From Balanoglossus misakiensis (lineage: Eukaryota; Animalia; Hemichordata), in the NCBI GenBank assembly GCA_040954595.2, contig CM082592.2, forward strand, positions 1-64,000: a stretch of DNA of 64,000 nucleotides. Direction: 5' to 3'. The notes under the pieces are model-generated. The model worked only from the letters and a program-made list of their open reading frames with translations, was not told the origin of the DNA and did no database searches. Both the position numbers and the translations under genes were made by a program. Shown here one piece after another: positions 35,613-46,979 of this stretch (positions are counted from its first letter, which is position 1; every line of letters starts with the position of its first letter).

Positions 35613-38258
35613 CTCCTTCAGCACTTTACTGCCCTGTAGCGCACTGTGTGACACTTGTAGTTGTGCATTCATAACCAGAAGGACGTGGCCGAACCTAGCG
35701 AGTATGAACCTATCACAGAAAAAATTCAAAGAACGATTTTTACCACCATGCTCTGGTCCAACGATCCCTTATTAGAGAGATGTCCGTAATCACAGGTTTA
35801 ACTGTACAATACCTCTTCAGTGGAATCATTGTGTTTTTCAAAGTGCATCACAATATCATCTCCAATAAGCATAACAGTTTAATTTTCTGTGTATGCCATG
35901 CTATAACACAGGGAAGTCACAAGAGTGATTTGCAGCCCAACTTACCAGTAACTGTTGAACAATCCACTACGGGTGACATGGTTGGACACTTGGATCCCAC
36001 TGGACAAGGCGTGCATGTGCCGTCGCCTTCCATAGCATATTCACCATTGCCACAGTCGAGCGGATCTTACATTGGATCTGAACACGATTTTCCAGCAGGG
36101 CACAGAAGACAGGATGTGCGTGCAGGCTCCTCACTTATTTCATCTGATTAAAGAAAATGAGGTTTTTAGTGATGTATTTGTGATACAGTGTCATTTAAAA
36201 TAACAAATTACTTGAGATGATTCACTTCATAATTCTGAGACAAGTATACAGGCATGTAGAAAATTCTTTGGAGGACATTAAACGTCATTTCTAATCAACC
36301 ATTTTCTGAATATCATAAGACTCTGCGAGATCTCACATGGCTAACCGGGTCTCGCAAGATCTCGCACTGAGTTGATAATCTGTTGTAAACACATACATAC
36401 ATACACACACACACACACATACCCCCAGTCGCACTGACTTGAAAATCTGTTGTAAACACATACATGCATACACACATACCCCTCAGTTTCATCACACAGC
36501 AAACTGAACAAGTACCACAATCTTACCATTTGTACATCTGGTACAGTTTGTTGCACCAGCCAATGACACGTAACCCTTGGTACACTTGAATTGCGATGCA
36601 CTGGGATCTATGCAGGCGTACCCTTGCTCACAAATAGTACAATGTTCAGCACCAGCTGATCTGTAAATCAAACAGAGAATTTACACACCAAGTTAACCTT
36701 TGAATACCACTGTAAAAATTTGGTGCAAATTTTAATTATTTTCATAAATAGAGGTCTATTCAAATTTGGAAAAATTGTCATTTTTTCATTCATATATTAT
36801 ATCAGTAAATTTTAAATACAGAAATAGAAAATGATCCCATCCTATTTTTCAGTTAGTAAATTACCTGACCTAATGTTTGATGTTGGAAATAAAGGTGGGT
36901 GGGTAGAAGTTTACCTGTTATGCAAGAGGTACAGCGAGACATCCTTTGTCCAAGGCCGAACTGTAATAACCAGCCGAGCATAAAATCACAGAGTTACAAT
37001 TTGGACATTGGTTACCAGCTGGGCAATCAGCACATGATGTTTGTGCTGAAAATAAACAGAGATTTATAGAATCTTATAGTCACAGTCATACCTTCAAAGA
37101 CGTGGGATTCTCATGCGGGTTGGGGAGACAAAAATCCCTGGCAAAAGATTGAGGACAGGAAAATGCCAATCCAGAGATATTGGTAACAGAAACTGTGTAC
37201 AGTCAATGCCATACGGCAGTGTGCTGTTCTAACAACAGACAAGATCGTGACGATCATAGTCTGTGTCGGAGATTTGGAAAAGAGCAAATTTGGTGAAAAG
37301 ACGGGACAAAACAAAAGTCTACTTATACGATGCACATGAAAACTGGATGAAAGCGAAGCAGTCCACTATTTGAATGCATTGGATGTAAAATTGGCAGAAT
37401 ATTTGGACTGGACGTAATGTTTGTACGCACAGAATTACGTACATGCACATAAGATGATCGTCCGCCTTAAAGGCACGTAAGCTGCAACTGGATAAAAAAA
37501 TTAAAGTTTTAAATAATCTCATATATGCTTTTAATTATGTCTATTAAATGATATTTCATGATAATATATCAAGCTCAACACTTATTTATGACACAATGGC
37601 CAAAATTAAAGAAAAAAACGAAAATTCCTGCAATTTTAAAAAAAGTGCAATATTGCAATGAAAAATGGAAATCTGATGTCTCAGTGGTGTACATTTACTT
37701 CCATGAGCTCAAGTGGATGAGATCATGTTTTGTTTATGAAGTTTCACAACCGGAAATGCAACAATTTCATTGTTTCTTGCATTTTCCCACGGTGGCGGCC
37801 ATAATCGCTTGCGGCAAAGCTGTATTATTTATCTGGTTAAAACTTGCATATGCACTCATATTTAGGGTTTATAATGCTTGTGTATAGTTCACTGCCTTCA
37901 TCTGCATGGACTAATGGTAGTGCAGTTTTAAACAAAAATTATGAAAATTATCCCAAAAGTTACAGCTTACGTGCCTTTAAGTGAAAGATTACACAGTAAT
38001 GCCCAAACTTTAAGTGCTGACTCACCATCTATATTAGTGTAGTATCCATCTTCACACACCTCTGGCTCCGACATACCATCATATTGGCACTTATACCCGG
38101 GGCAGGACAAGGCGTACAGTCTATACTTCCATTGTTGGCAAAATATCCCAGTCCGCATTGTGTTGGTGATGAGAGGCTGGCTGTTCCACACATGAAACCC
38201 CTGGACACAGCGTGCATGCTTCAGAACATGCTGAACTTTAACTTCCAGCTGCGCAGTC
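35613..38258 (-). pseudogene. Five pseudo-exons of a Cys-rich repeat protein (CPAG-type, ephrin-receptor-like/GCC2-GCC3 style)
   Basis: Exons 38026-38258, 36915-37045, 36527-36660, 35946-36143 and 35613-35709 with AG/GT flanks; peptides such as SCLLCPAGKSCSDPM*, CTPCPVGSKC, CADCPAGNQC and CTICEQGYAC; stops and frameshifts present. Confidence 0.78.
37471..37976. mobile_element. Kolobok-type MITE (TTAA TSD)
   Basis: TIR aggcacgtaagctg / cagcttacgtgcct flanked by TTAA on both sides. Confidence 0.87.
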
Positions 38259-38324
38259 CTGTAGGAGTGAAGACGTCAAATATTAAGGAGGTTTAGGAGC
38301 CCTCTAGCCAGCAAACTTCATCAA

Positions 38325-38741
38325 GGATGTACGTGCAGAACATAAACCGGAAACACTGCGTGTCCGGTCTTTTTCCCAAAGGATTACATTGATAATCGCC
38401 AGAAAACAAACTTCTACTATTGTCATTTTCTCGAAATTTTACACATAGCTCAGTCCAGCAAATATAAATTCATTGGTCAAATAAAATATAGAGGTCACCG
38501 CGCTCTTTTTTGAGATAAATTGCATTAAGAATTTTGGCCATAGACAAACAAACCATTGGTGAAAAATGCTGAGTCAGCAGATTTCTTCTATTATCGACCA
38601 ATTTCATGGCTCTGTATTTCAAAAACAAGCGCGGTGACCCCTATATTTTATTACGGATTTTCATTATACATACAAAAGAGAATAAAAAAATCCACAATTA
38701 AAAAAAATGACAATACTTTCCATTTTATTGAACGTACATCC
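38325..38741. mobile_element. Kolobok-type MITE with internal inverted repeats
   Basis: TIR ggatgtacgt / acgtacatcc; flanks tcaa / ttaa; internal ggtcaccgcgct / agcgcggtgacc. Confidence 0.78.
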
Positions 38742-39225
38742 TTAATGTTACTTAGGTAGTGGAGCACCAAAACCCAAATTTTCATATCGATTGTGTATTT
38801 TGTGATAAAAGCACCAAACTTGGCTCAGATGTGTGTTAATGTGTACTGAACAAATTCAGATAGCGAGTCACTAAATATCTGTTGAAGAGTTTCCATGGCA
38901 ACCAATTTTTTTTCAAAATGGCCGCAAATACAGATAATCACACCTGTTAAACATCAAAATAAATTCAGATTACAATATTTGAAACAAGAAACTACGGAAA
39001 GAATGGTTTGCAATAGAACTATGGTTATTAAACTACAAATGTACTTATAAGGGTAACTAAGGGATCAAAATACAGGTGCAACTTTCAATCCCTGGTACTC
39101 GCATTAGTATAGGTGCTCCCCCTAGTCAAACATTACGGCTAGTTGCGATATTTAACTTGAAGTACGTAAATTACACACACACGAATCGCAACAGTTAGCG
39201 AGTCACTAAATATCTATTGAAGAGT

Positions 39226-41235
39226 GACTATGCAGTATTCAAGATCCACCCTTTCCACAATACGTGTGAACTTCTACTCTCTACATGGAATGTCCGCTCA
39301 GCTAGATGCAAATCATTAGACATTGCAGACTACATCACAGATAAAGGAATTGATATTCTTGTACTCACTGAAACATGGTTGAAGGAATCTGGTGACGAAC
39401 ACGTAATGGCTGAATGTACACCACCAGGCTATGCTGTCAAACATCTACCTGGGGTTGGCAAGATCGGTGGAGGCTTAGCTTAAATTCATAAGCTAGCACT
39501 AAAATAAACAGCTTGGAAGCCTATTCTCTCTGTTAAATCTTTTGAGGCAGCGGAAGCAACTATTCTTCACCAGAAACTTTCCATGAAAATAATTCTTGTC
39601 TACCGTCCACCACCATCAGTTAATAATAAATTCACCGCACCACAGTTCATGGAAGAGTTCAGTACAACACTTGAGAAGTATGTCACCTGCTCAAGTAATC
39701 TCTTCATCGTAGGAGATTTCAATATTCACCTAGAAGATGATAAGAATCCAGTAACACAGAAATTCAATGGAATCATCAGCGCCTGTAATCTGAAACAATG
39801 GGTCCAACAACCAACACACAGAAAGGGTCATACTCTTGATCTCATCTTATCTAACTCTGCGTCTAACATCAAGAGTGTCTCTGTAGACTGCTTGGAACTC
39901 TCTGATCACAATCCTGTCAATGCAAAACTTGCTCTTCCGAAACCAACACACAGTAGACGTCAAATATCTTATCGTCATATCTGCCATTTCAATTGATAGT
40001 TTCAGCCATGATCTCGACAAAATACATCAAATGTCCTAGCCTCCAAATGACCTCTCCTCAGCCATATCAGCTTATAACCAACCCGTCAGTCTCCATCTAA
40101 AACACGTGTACTTGATCTCATCCCTACAGCACTTGATAAGCAATGTCTTGGTAATCTGCTCACTATCATAGCCACAATTATCAATTTGTCACTCAAAACT
40201 GGAACTGTTCCTGAATAACTTAAAATAGCAGTCATCACACCAATATACTCAAGAAACCTTCGCTCGACAAAAACATTTTCAAGAACTATAGACCAGTTTC
40301 AAACCTAACCTTCCTGTCAAAAGTAATCGGGAAGATTGTAGCACAACAACTGACATCATATTTGACTACCAACTCACTACAAGAACCACTGCAGTCAGCG
40401 TACCGAAAGGATCACAGTACCGAAACAGCACTTACTAAAGTCAACAACGATATTTGTATGGCACTGGATGCCGGTAAATGTGTACTCATGGTTCTCCTCG
40501 ATCTCTCCTCTGTGTTTGATACCATAGATCACGACACAATCATCTCAAGGTTATCAAAACTGGGCATCACCAACATCGCACTACAATGGTTCTCATCATA
40601 TCTTAAGAACAGACAGCAGTTTGTATGGCACAATGTCAGAACCTCAATATCTACAATATGGAGTACCACACGGTTCAGTGCTTGGCCCACTTTTGTTCTG
40701 CAGCTACATCCAACCACTTGCTCAACTTATTTGTCACCACAACATCAATTTTCACCAATATGCCGATGACAACCAACTATACCAATATTTCTTCCAGTTA
40801 GACACCATAAGTACATTAGACAAGATGGAAAGGGCAGTTCACGAAATAAAAACCTGGATGACACATAATAAACTTCAACTAAATGGTGGCAAACCCGAGG
40901 TACTCCTGATAAGGTCTCAGTTCAACCGCTCGCCTCGTCCCATAAACCACATGAGCATTGGATCATGTTGTGTTCAAATTGTGAATTCTGCACGGAATAT
41001 AGGTGTGACATTCGACGACAATTACACTTTCAATAAGCACATTAATGCAATTTGCAAGTCAATTTTCTTCCATCTGCGTCAAATCAGCCACATTCGCCGT
41101 TACCTCACTAAGGAAGTTTGCCAGATGCTGGTTCATGCTCTAATCACATCAAAAATGGACTACTGCAATGCAATACTCTGTGGTTTACCATCATCATGCA
41201 TTCAACCGCTACAGCATGCCCTGAATTCTGCAGCC
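39226..41235 (+). mobile_element. Degenerate L2/CR1-group LINE ORF2 (APE endonuclease + RT), internally deleted and 3'-truncated
   Basis: WNVRS, LTETWL, VYRPP, VGDFNIH, HTLDLIL, SDH; [44 protein letters not shown]; stops and frameshifts. Confidence 0.95.
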
Positions 41236-41570
41236 ACCATGGCCTCCTTCACAAAAACCTCACCAGACCCCATAATGCCTCCATCTCTTACACCACACCT
41301 TATACCCACCACAAATCCTAGCCATCACCCAACCTATCATAGCCCAAACAATCCAAACCCAATCAAAATTGACCCTAGCCCCACTTATCAAGCCATCAAT
41401 GCTCAACGGCAACCCAAATAACACTTAACTTAAAGATTGGCATAAATCCAAACTCATACCACTGCGACCCCAAATATACAACACAAAGACTCAATCACGA
41501 ACCAATACCTACCATTTGTAGCAAATACACGACCAAAGATTTGATCCCATCTATCATCCATATATCATCA
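41234..41570 (+). repeat. Isolated partial monomer of satellite B fused to the LINE 3' break
   Basis: Translated [37 protein letters not shown] matches minus-strand ORFs at 20992 and 22133 in the B array. Confidence 0.92.
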
Positions 41571-41753
41571 GAAAGTTGGGACGATGAGCAATGGGGCAGA
41601 GACTGATCATCAAAAATTTGAGACAGGGAATTCCAACAAATGAGATCATTAAGTTAAATATGCAAAGCAAATCAGAAAAGAGAATCAGAAGATTTTCTCC
41701 GAAGGACACCTAGCAAATTCATGATTGGAAAGACACTGCAGTCACATGTATAT

Positions 41754-42945
41754 TGTAGTGTCCAAACACTAGTGAGCATCTATACTTTATACATTCTGTA
41801 AAATGACGTAATGCAACATTCGGGTCATTATGAATAAAGTGCGTGAACGAGGCTAGGCACTCTCACTCTTACATGCCGGACTTGGTGTCTCGTGTTGTCA
41901 TTATTGCCCACCAACGATTCTATATTTGGCGACGAGGACGGAGAACATGGAGAATTAGCTAGCCGTCAATGCCGAGTTTTCCTGTTCATTCAGACCCGAC
42001 AACCACCAGTACGAGATGGAAAAAGTACATGGCTAGAGTAGAAAACGCATTTGTCGCATTCAACATTACAGATGACAAGCGACAACGTGCACTGCTATTG
42101 CACTGGGCAGGTGAGGAAGTTTCCGACTTCTTTGATACTCTACCAGATACAGGAACTAGCTGTGAAACAGCCAAATTAAAGCTTTCGTCATACTTCTCAC
42201 CCAAACGGAACATTGAATACGAACGATTTATCTTCAGAGACACCATACAAAACAACGGCGAATCGATTGATGCCTATCACACTTGTTTGCAACGCCTAGC
42301 AGAAACATATGTGACTTCACCAATAAGGATCAAGAGGTCAAATCACAAATCATACGAGGATTCACATCAGCCCGTCTCAGACGTCGTGCTCTTCGGGAGG
42401 AGACGACACTAGAGAATCTACTGAGTACAGCCTGTTCATTTGAGGTATCAGAGGTTCAGGCTAGTGGGATTGAGGAGAAAACCCAAAATTATGGTGCAGA
42501 TACAGCATCTGTGAATGCGGTCAGAAAACAGCGCCACCAACGCCCGAAACCAAATAAACAAAAGAGAGCTCATCAGCAGCCAGCGAAAGGACCGTCCACT
42601 TGTTATTATTGTGGTGGCACCTATCCACATGACTCAGTATGTCCAGCTAAAGGCAAGTCATGCAGGAAGTGTGGCAAACCTAACTATTTTGCCAAATGCT
42701 ACCGATCAAAAGGCAAGGCAAATAGGGTAGACAAGGATGAAACTGTCAAAGCTGTGCATAAAGTGGAAGACAGCTCGGGAGATGAATACTGCTTCACTGT
42801 ACAACAATCAAATGGCAGGAGGCCTCAAGTAACAGTGCAGATAGAACAAACAGCAGTTGCCTCACTGATCGACCCTGGTTCTACAATAAACATGATGAGT
42901 GTAAACACATACAACAACCTAAAGAACAAACCCATGTGGCAAACA
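41754..42945 (+). mobile_element. 5' fragment of a Gypsy-type (Mag-like) LTR retrotransposon: LTR, PBS, frameshifted gag and start of protease
   Basis: LTR 41754-41924 (TGTAG...CTATA, internal AATAAA); PBS TGGCGACGAGGA at 41927-41938; gag RWKKY..RALLLHWAG; two zinc-knuckle motifs; LIDPGS protease-like site. Confidence 0.9.
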
Positions 42946-43440
42946 GAAAGCCCGTTTTACCACTGTCAGCAGTGCATTATTGAGTATTTTAGCATCGCTG
43001 GATTTAGCTCTCGTCCAATCAGAATTGCGGACGGTAGCATGATATAATATAATTGAGAATAAATCTCGCGACAAGTGTACAGTTTGACAATGTACACAGA
43101 TAATCCGTTTCAACAATGTTTCCTTTGTAGTGTGAATAAAACTGCACACTTTGCAAGTTTTCAACTTCAAAACACTATGGCTATTACAGAGACAAAGCTG
43201 CTAATATACAGTGTATACCTGTCATTTTTGTTTGTGGTGAGATTTTCATTGGCACAGTCGCACAGAGCTCACACAAGAGGAAATTACACTTTCTGTTGAA
43301 TTCACTGCATCCTGCTAACTTTAAGTCATATATCCAGTGAAACATTAAGTTATAGAATTTTCCATCGCAGTATTCTGTTTTATATACATGTATAGCAGTC
43401 CCACACATATTGATTAATTTGACAAAAGAAACTGACTGAC

Positions 43441-43556
43441 AATTTTCACAGCGCTCCCAGTATAGCATCCTTGGCAGGTGCACGTCAATGCCCCACACGA
43501 GGTTAGGGTTGGCAAGTGCTGCCATTTTGACATGGGTTGTTAGCACTGATCAATTC
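43441..43556 (-). pseudogene. Frameshifted EGF-like pseudo-exon
   Basis: IDQC*..NPCQNGSTCQP..TSCGALTCTCQGCYTG across frames; copy at 60492-60607. Confidence 0.72.
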
Positions 43557-44475
43557 CTACGCATGACAGAAAAATGAAGAATTAGGCTATGGGCCGGACC
43601 TGCCTATCGTTTCAAAATGCACTCTGTATATTAAGGTTTATTTCTTTTACATAAAAACAAGTCTTCTTGCTCTAATATGATAAAAGAAAAAAAACTTCAA
43701 CTTAAATATTGCGTCCTCAGAGGTAATATCGAGCCCTAAAAATCAGGTATGCTAATGCGGTTAAAGGTCGTGCAGTTCTCCTTATAACAAGCGATCTTAT
43801 TGGTGGTTACGTGACTGCACCAATCACAGAATGCGTTATGTCACTCAGCAATTACACACGCAGGGCAAACTATCAGGCAGCTACATGTATACTAGTATAC
43901 ATGTTACAGAAGATTAAACAGAATTGTTGGTAAGGAAAGTTTGAGCAGACTAGTCCATTCAATGTAAAAAATGGTGCTGATTCCAAAAAAGTCAGTCTTA
44001 TTGACCCCTTTCAAGACAAAATTGCCATTTTTGCCACTTTTAACCCAAAAGGCCATTTAAAAAACACTCAAAACACACTGTTTTCATCACATTCGGAGAT
44101 CTGATGACATTTGAGGATTATGCGGAAACAGTGACACACCAGAATAAAAATTACAGGTGACATTTGCAAGCAGATATGATCTGACCATATAGAAATATGG
44201 AATGTAAAAACATTAACAAGGAACATGCCCAATAAACTGTCATGTGTCATGGCAGTCTTACAAGTGGTGCTAGAAAAAAAAATGACCAAAAATTGTCTGT
44301 ACAAACACATATGCGAAGCAACTTCTTTCAGTCAGCCCTGGAACAGACACACACTGACCTGCCACTGGTAATTAAAATTTGATAGCTGGTGGTCTCTGTA
44401 ACAGCTGGCCTATTTAAGTTATGTAAACATGTCTTTGTTCGAGGTAACAACTCCTTGTAAATAGTAACTTTAAAA

Positions 44476-45477
44476 ACAACTGGACAATTTGTTAAGGAGA
44501 AGATTTGCTAACCAAAAACTAAGAAACTTACCAAAAAAACTCACTAAATATTAAATCTTTCTGATCTCAGAACTGAATAAAAGTTGCACATATACAGGTA
44601 TGTGTTATGAAATTATATCCTAAATTTCAAAGCAATCAGAGAAAAAACTAATTTCAAAGCAATCCAACAAGCAGTTTCACAGAAAATATTTGTTCAAAAG
44701 TGGCAAAAACACAAATATGCAAATATCACCAAAATTGTACAATATCTTACTTCAATCACTACAAGGAACATGCTGCCTAAGTTCAATGCAATAGGACAAG
44801 CGGTTTCAGAGAAAACAATTTTTGACAAAAATTGCAAAAGTTTCCCCGATAACACATTTATGCAAATATCTTTTTTTTTTACAACATATTATTTAGGTTA
44901 CCCCTACGAACATGCCTACCAAATTGGAAAGCAATCTGGCATGAGGTTTTAAAGAAAAACATTTTTTGACCAAAAATGGCAAATATTGCTCAAAATTATA
45001 GATATGCAAATTTTGCAACAATTTGAACAAAACTATGGTTACTTAGACAACATTAGGAGGCTTCATACTAAATTTCAAAGACTTTTTACCAATAACATGG
45101 AAAAATACAAAAAAATGCAAAAAAAATAGGAAATCGATAATATTAGCTCAAAACATACAGGATTGTATGAGGTTGATATAAGGTACATGCATACCAATTT
45201 TCAAATCAATATGACCAGTGGTTGTCCAGTTTTTGAGTTTTGACCAATTTCACATTTTCCCAGCTAATTTGCATATTTTTGGCAATGACATCTTCATTTG
45301 AACAAACTCCCATCTACAGCCCTGCCTGCATCTACACGCCAAATATCGAGGTCATACGCGCTGCGGTTTTCAAGTTTTCGATGTGGACGGACATACAGAC
45401 ATACATCCATCCATCCATACATACAGACGTAACCAATCCCATAAGGTCCCATGGTACATACCAATGGGACCTAAAAA
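44476..45477 (+). mobile_element. Probable Helentron-associated non-autonomous element (HINE/DINE-like)
   Basis: (CATA/CATC)n microsatellite, then hairpin aggtccca-tggta..tacca-a-tgggacct (45444-45472) and an A-run; 5' end approximate; copy at ~61527-62522. Confidence 0.5.
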
Positions 45478-45489
45478 CTTGTGACTTAC

Positions 45490-45612
45490 ATGTAACACAT
45501 GTTTGCCCAGTGTAGCAGGTTGGACAGTTGCAGGTGTAGATTGAGCAGGAGCCTTGAAGTGGCTGATACACTCCGTTATTCAGACATGGGTTTAGAAGAC
45601 ACTGGTTGATCG
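45490..45612 (-). pseudogene. EGF-like exon
   Basis: INQCLLNPCLNNGVYQPLQGSCSIYTCNCPTCYTGQTCVT, 123 nt; copy at 62535-62657. Confidence 0.83.
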
Positions 45613-46060
45613 CTAAGGGTGAGAGAAATGAAAAGTATCACATTAGGGTCTTACACACTTGAGTGGGAAGTGAAATCTGTAGCAGACTGTCAGAAGATTG
45701 CACATCCGTGTGATCATGTTCATGTGTGAAGGATAATGAAGACCACTTGATCCAAGCTTGGTGCTACCATCTTTATCATAATTACAGCATCTTATAATAT
45801 TTACTAGTTGGGGGTGGGGTGGGGTGGGGGTGGGGGTAGTTGATGTCATAACTTTCTGATGTTTCAATTTACGGTTGGAAAAATAGCAACATCTACTCTG
45901 ATGAGCATTTGAGTCAATGAAAGTATACATCATGGCTACGGTAGTGCATATAAGTCTCTTGGTTAGCTGCACAATCACAGGCAACTTTATTGAGACAATA
46001 TCAATGACAAAGCCCAGCGATTTCTACTTTGTGCGGCAAATCTGACACTGGTTTGCTTAC

Positions 46061-46177
46061 GTTCAGCGCACGTGGTTCCGATGAAACAGCGCGAACTCTG
46101 GCATCTGAACTCGGTGCAGGACACTTGCTGGCAGAATCCACTGTTTAGACAAGGGTTGGGCTGACACGGATTCAAAT
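46061..46177 (-). pseudogene. EGF-like exon
   Basis: LNPCQPNPCLNSGFCQQVSCTEFRCQSSRCFIGTTCAE, 117 nt; copy at 63106-63222. Confidence 0.83.
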
Positions 46178-46561
46178 CTGTGCACAGAAGAGAAAGTGAT
46201 ATAAATTGTGTACAGTTAATATTTACTACATATACTTTAAACAGATTTGTGCAGTCAGGGTTGAGTGGTAAAAATCTCAGTTGGTCAACAGAACATCACT
46301 GTGACAAATTTCTTCCATGTTCAACAAAAGAAACGTAATGAAATTTTGACACAGATGTAATAGTGTCTTAGTGTACCATACGGTGCAGGTTGTTGTTTGG
46401 TCAAATACACAATCCCCTTTTATGGCACACACATTCTTAATAAATTTCCCCAAAATTGTGTCGTTATTCACTGTTTGATACAGGTTGGAAGAAACCAACT
46501 GCAAGCCGATTATGTGTTATGTTATTATGTTCCTCTTCATCTGAAATTTAAAATCACTCAC

Positions 46562-46684
46562 ATGTCTGACATAAATCGCCGGAGTAACAGCTTGTACAGG
46601 AGCATGTGAATTCAGTACACCAATTGGGCGTCAGCACACAGTTTCCACCATTCTGACACTGGATGGGTTGACACTGGTTGACAG
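46562..46684 (-). pseudogene. EGF-like exon (8 Cys) next to the duplication junction
   Basis: VNQCQPIQCQNGGNCVLTPNWCTEFTCSCTSCYSGDLCQT, 123 nt; copy at 63607-63729. Confidence 0.85.
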
Positions 46685-46979
46685 CTGTGGGATGTGCAGT
46701 CAAGATATTGTCAAAATTACAGAATCTACAAACTACACTCCACAGTCATGTACATGTATACATGACAACAACCAAAGGGCTGTTTTGAAAAACCAAATGC
46801 TGTGAAATCCTTTAGAGTGTGACAAGAAACCACAGTTGCAACCGAAAACAAAAATAGTGATAACATTAAGCTAGCCCAAAGTTTGAGTTACCAGGGCTTT
46901 AATATGTGTACCGTACTTATATTATATAATACATAACAAGTGTTTTGCATTGAATAAAATAATATTGGTTTGTACTTAC

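Larger units (their letters stand above)
29124..46693. repeat. Tandem segmental duplication, unit 1 (~17.57 kb including a private 592-bp MITE)
   Basis: Colinear near-identity with 46694-63738; ORF track duplicated at ~17.0-17.05-kb offset. Confidence 0.97.

Noticed and set aside
41233-41242. Perfect Kozak GCCACCATGG at the LINE/satellite junction
   Set aside because: Chance product of the junction; downstream ORF is ~60 aa of low-complexity satellite with no promoter evidence
39217-43047. LINE RT plus downstream gag as one novel telomeric retroelement
   Set aside because: The gag has its own LTR and PBS and belongs to a Gypsy-type element; the order and truncations indicate independent fragments
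43501-43510. ggttagggtt telomere-like seed
   Set aside because: Only 10 bp and lies within EGF exon-derived sequence; expected by chance
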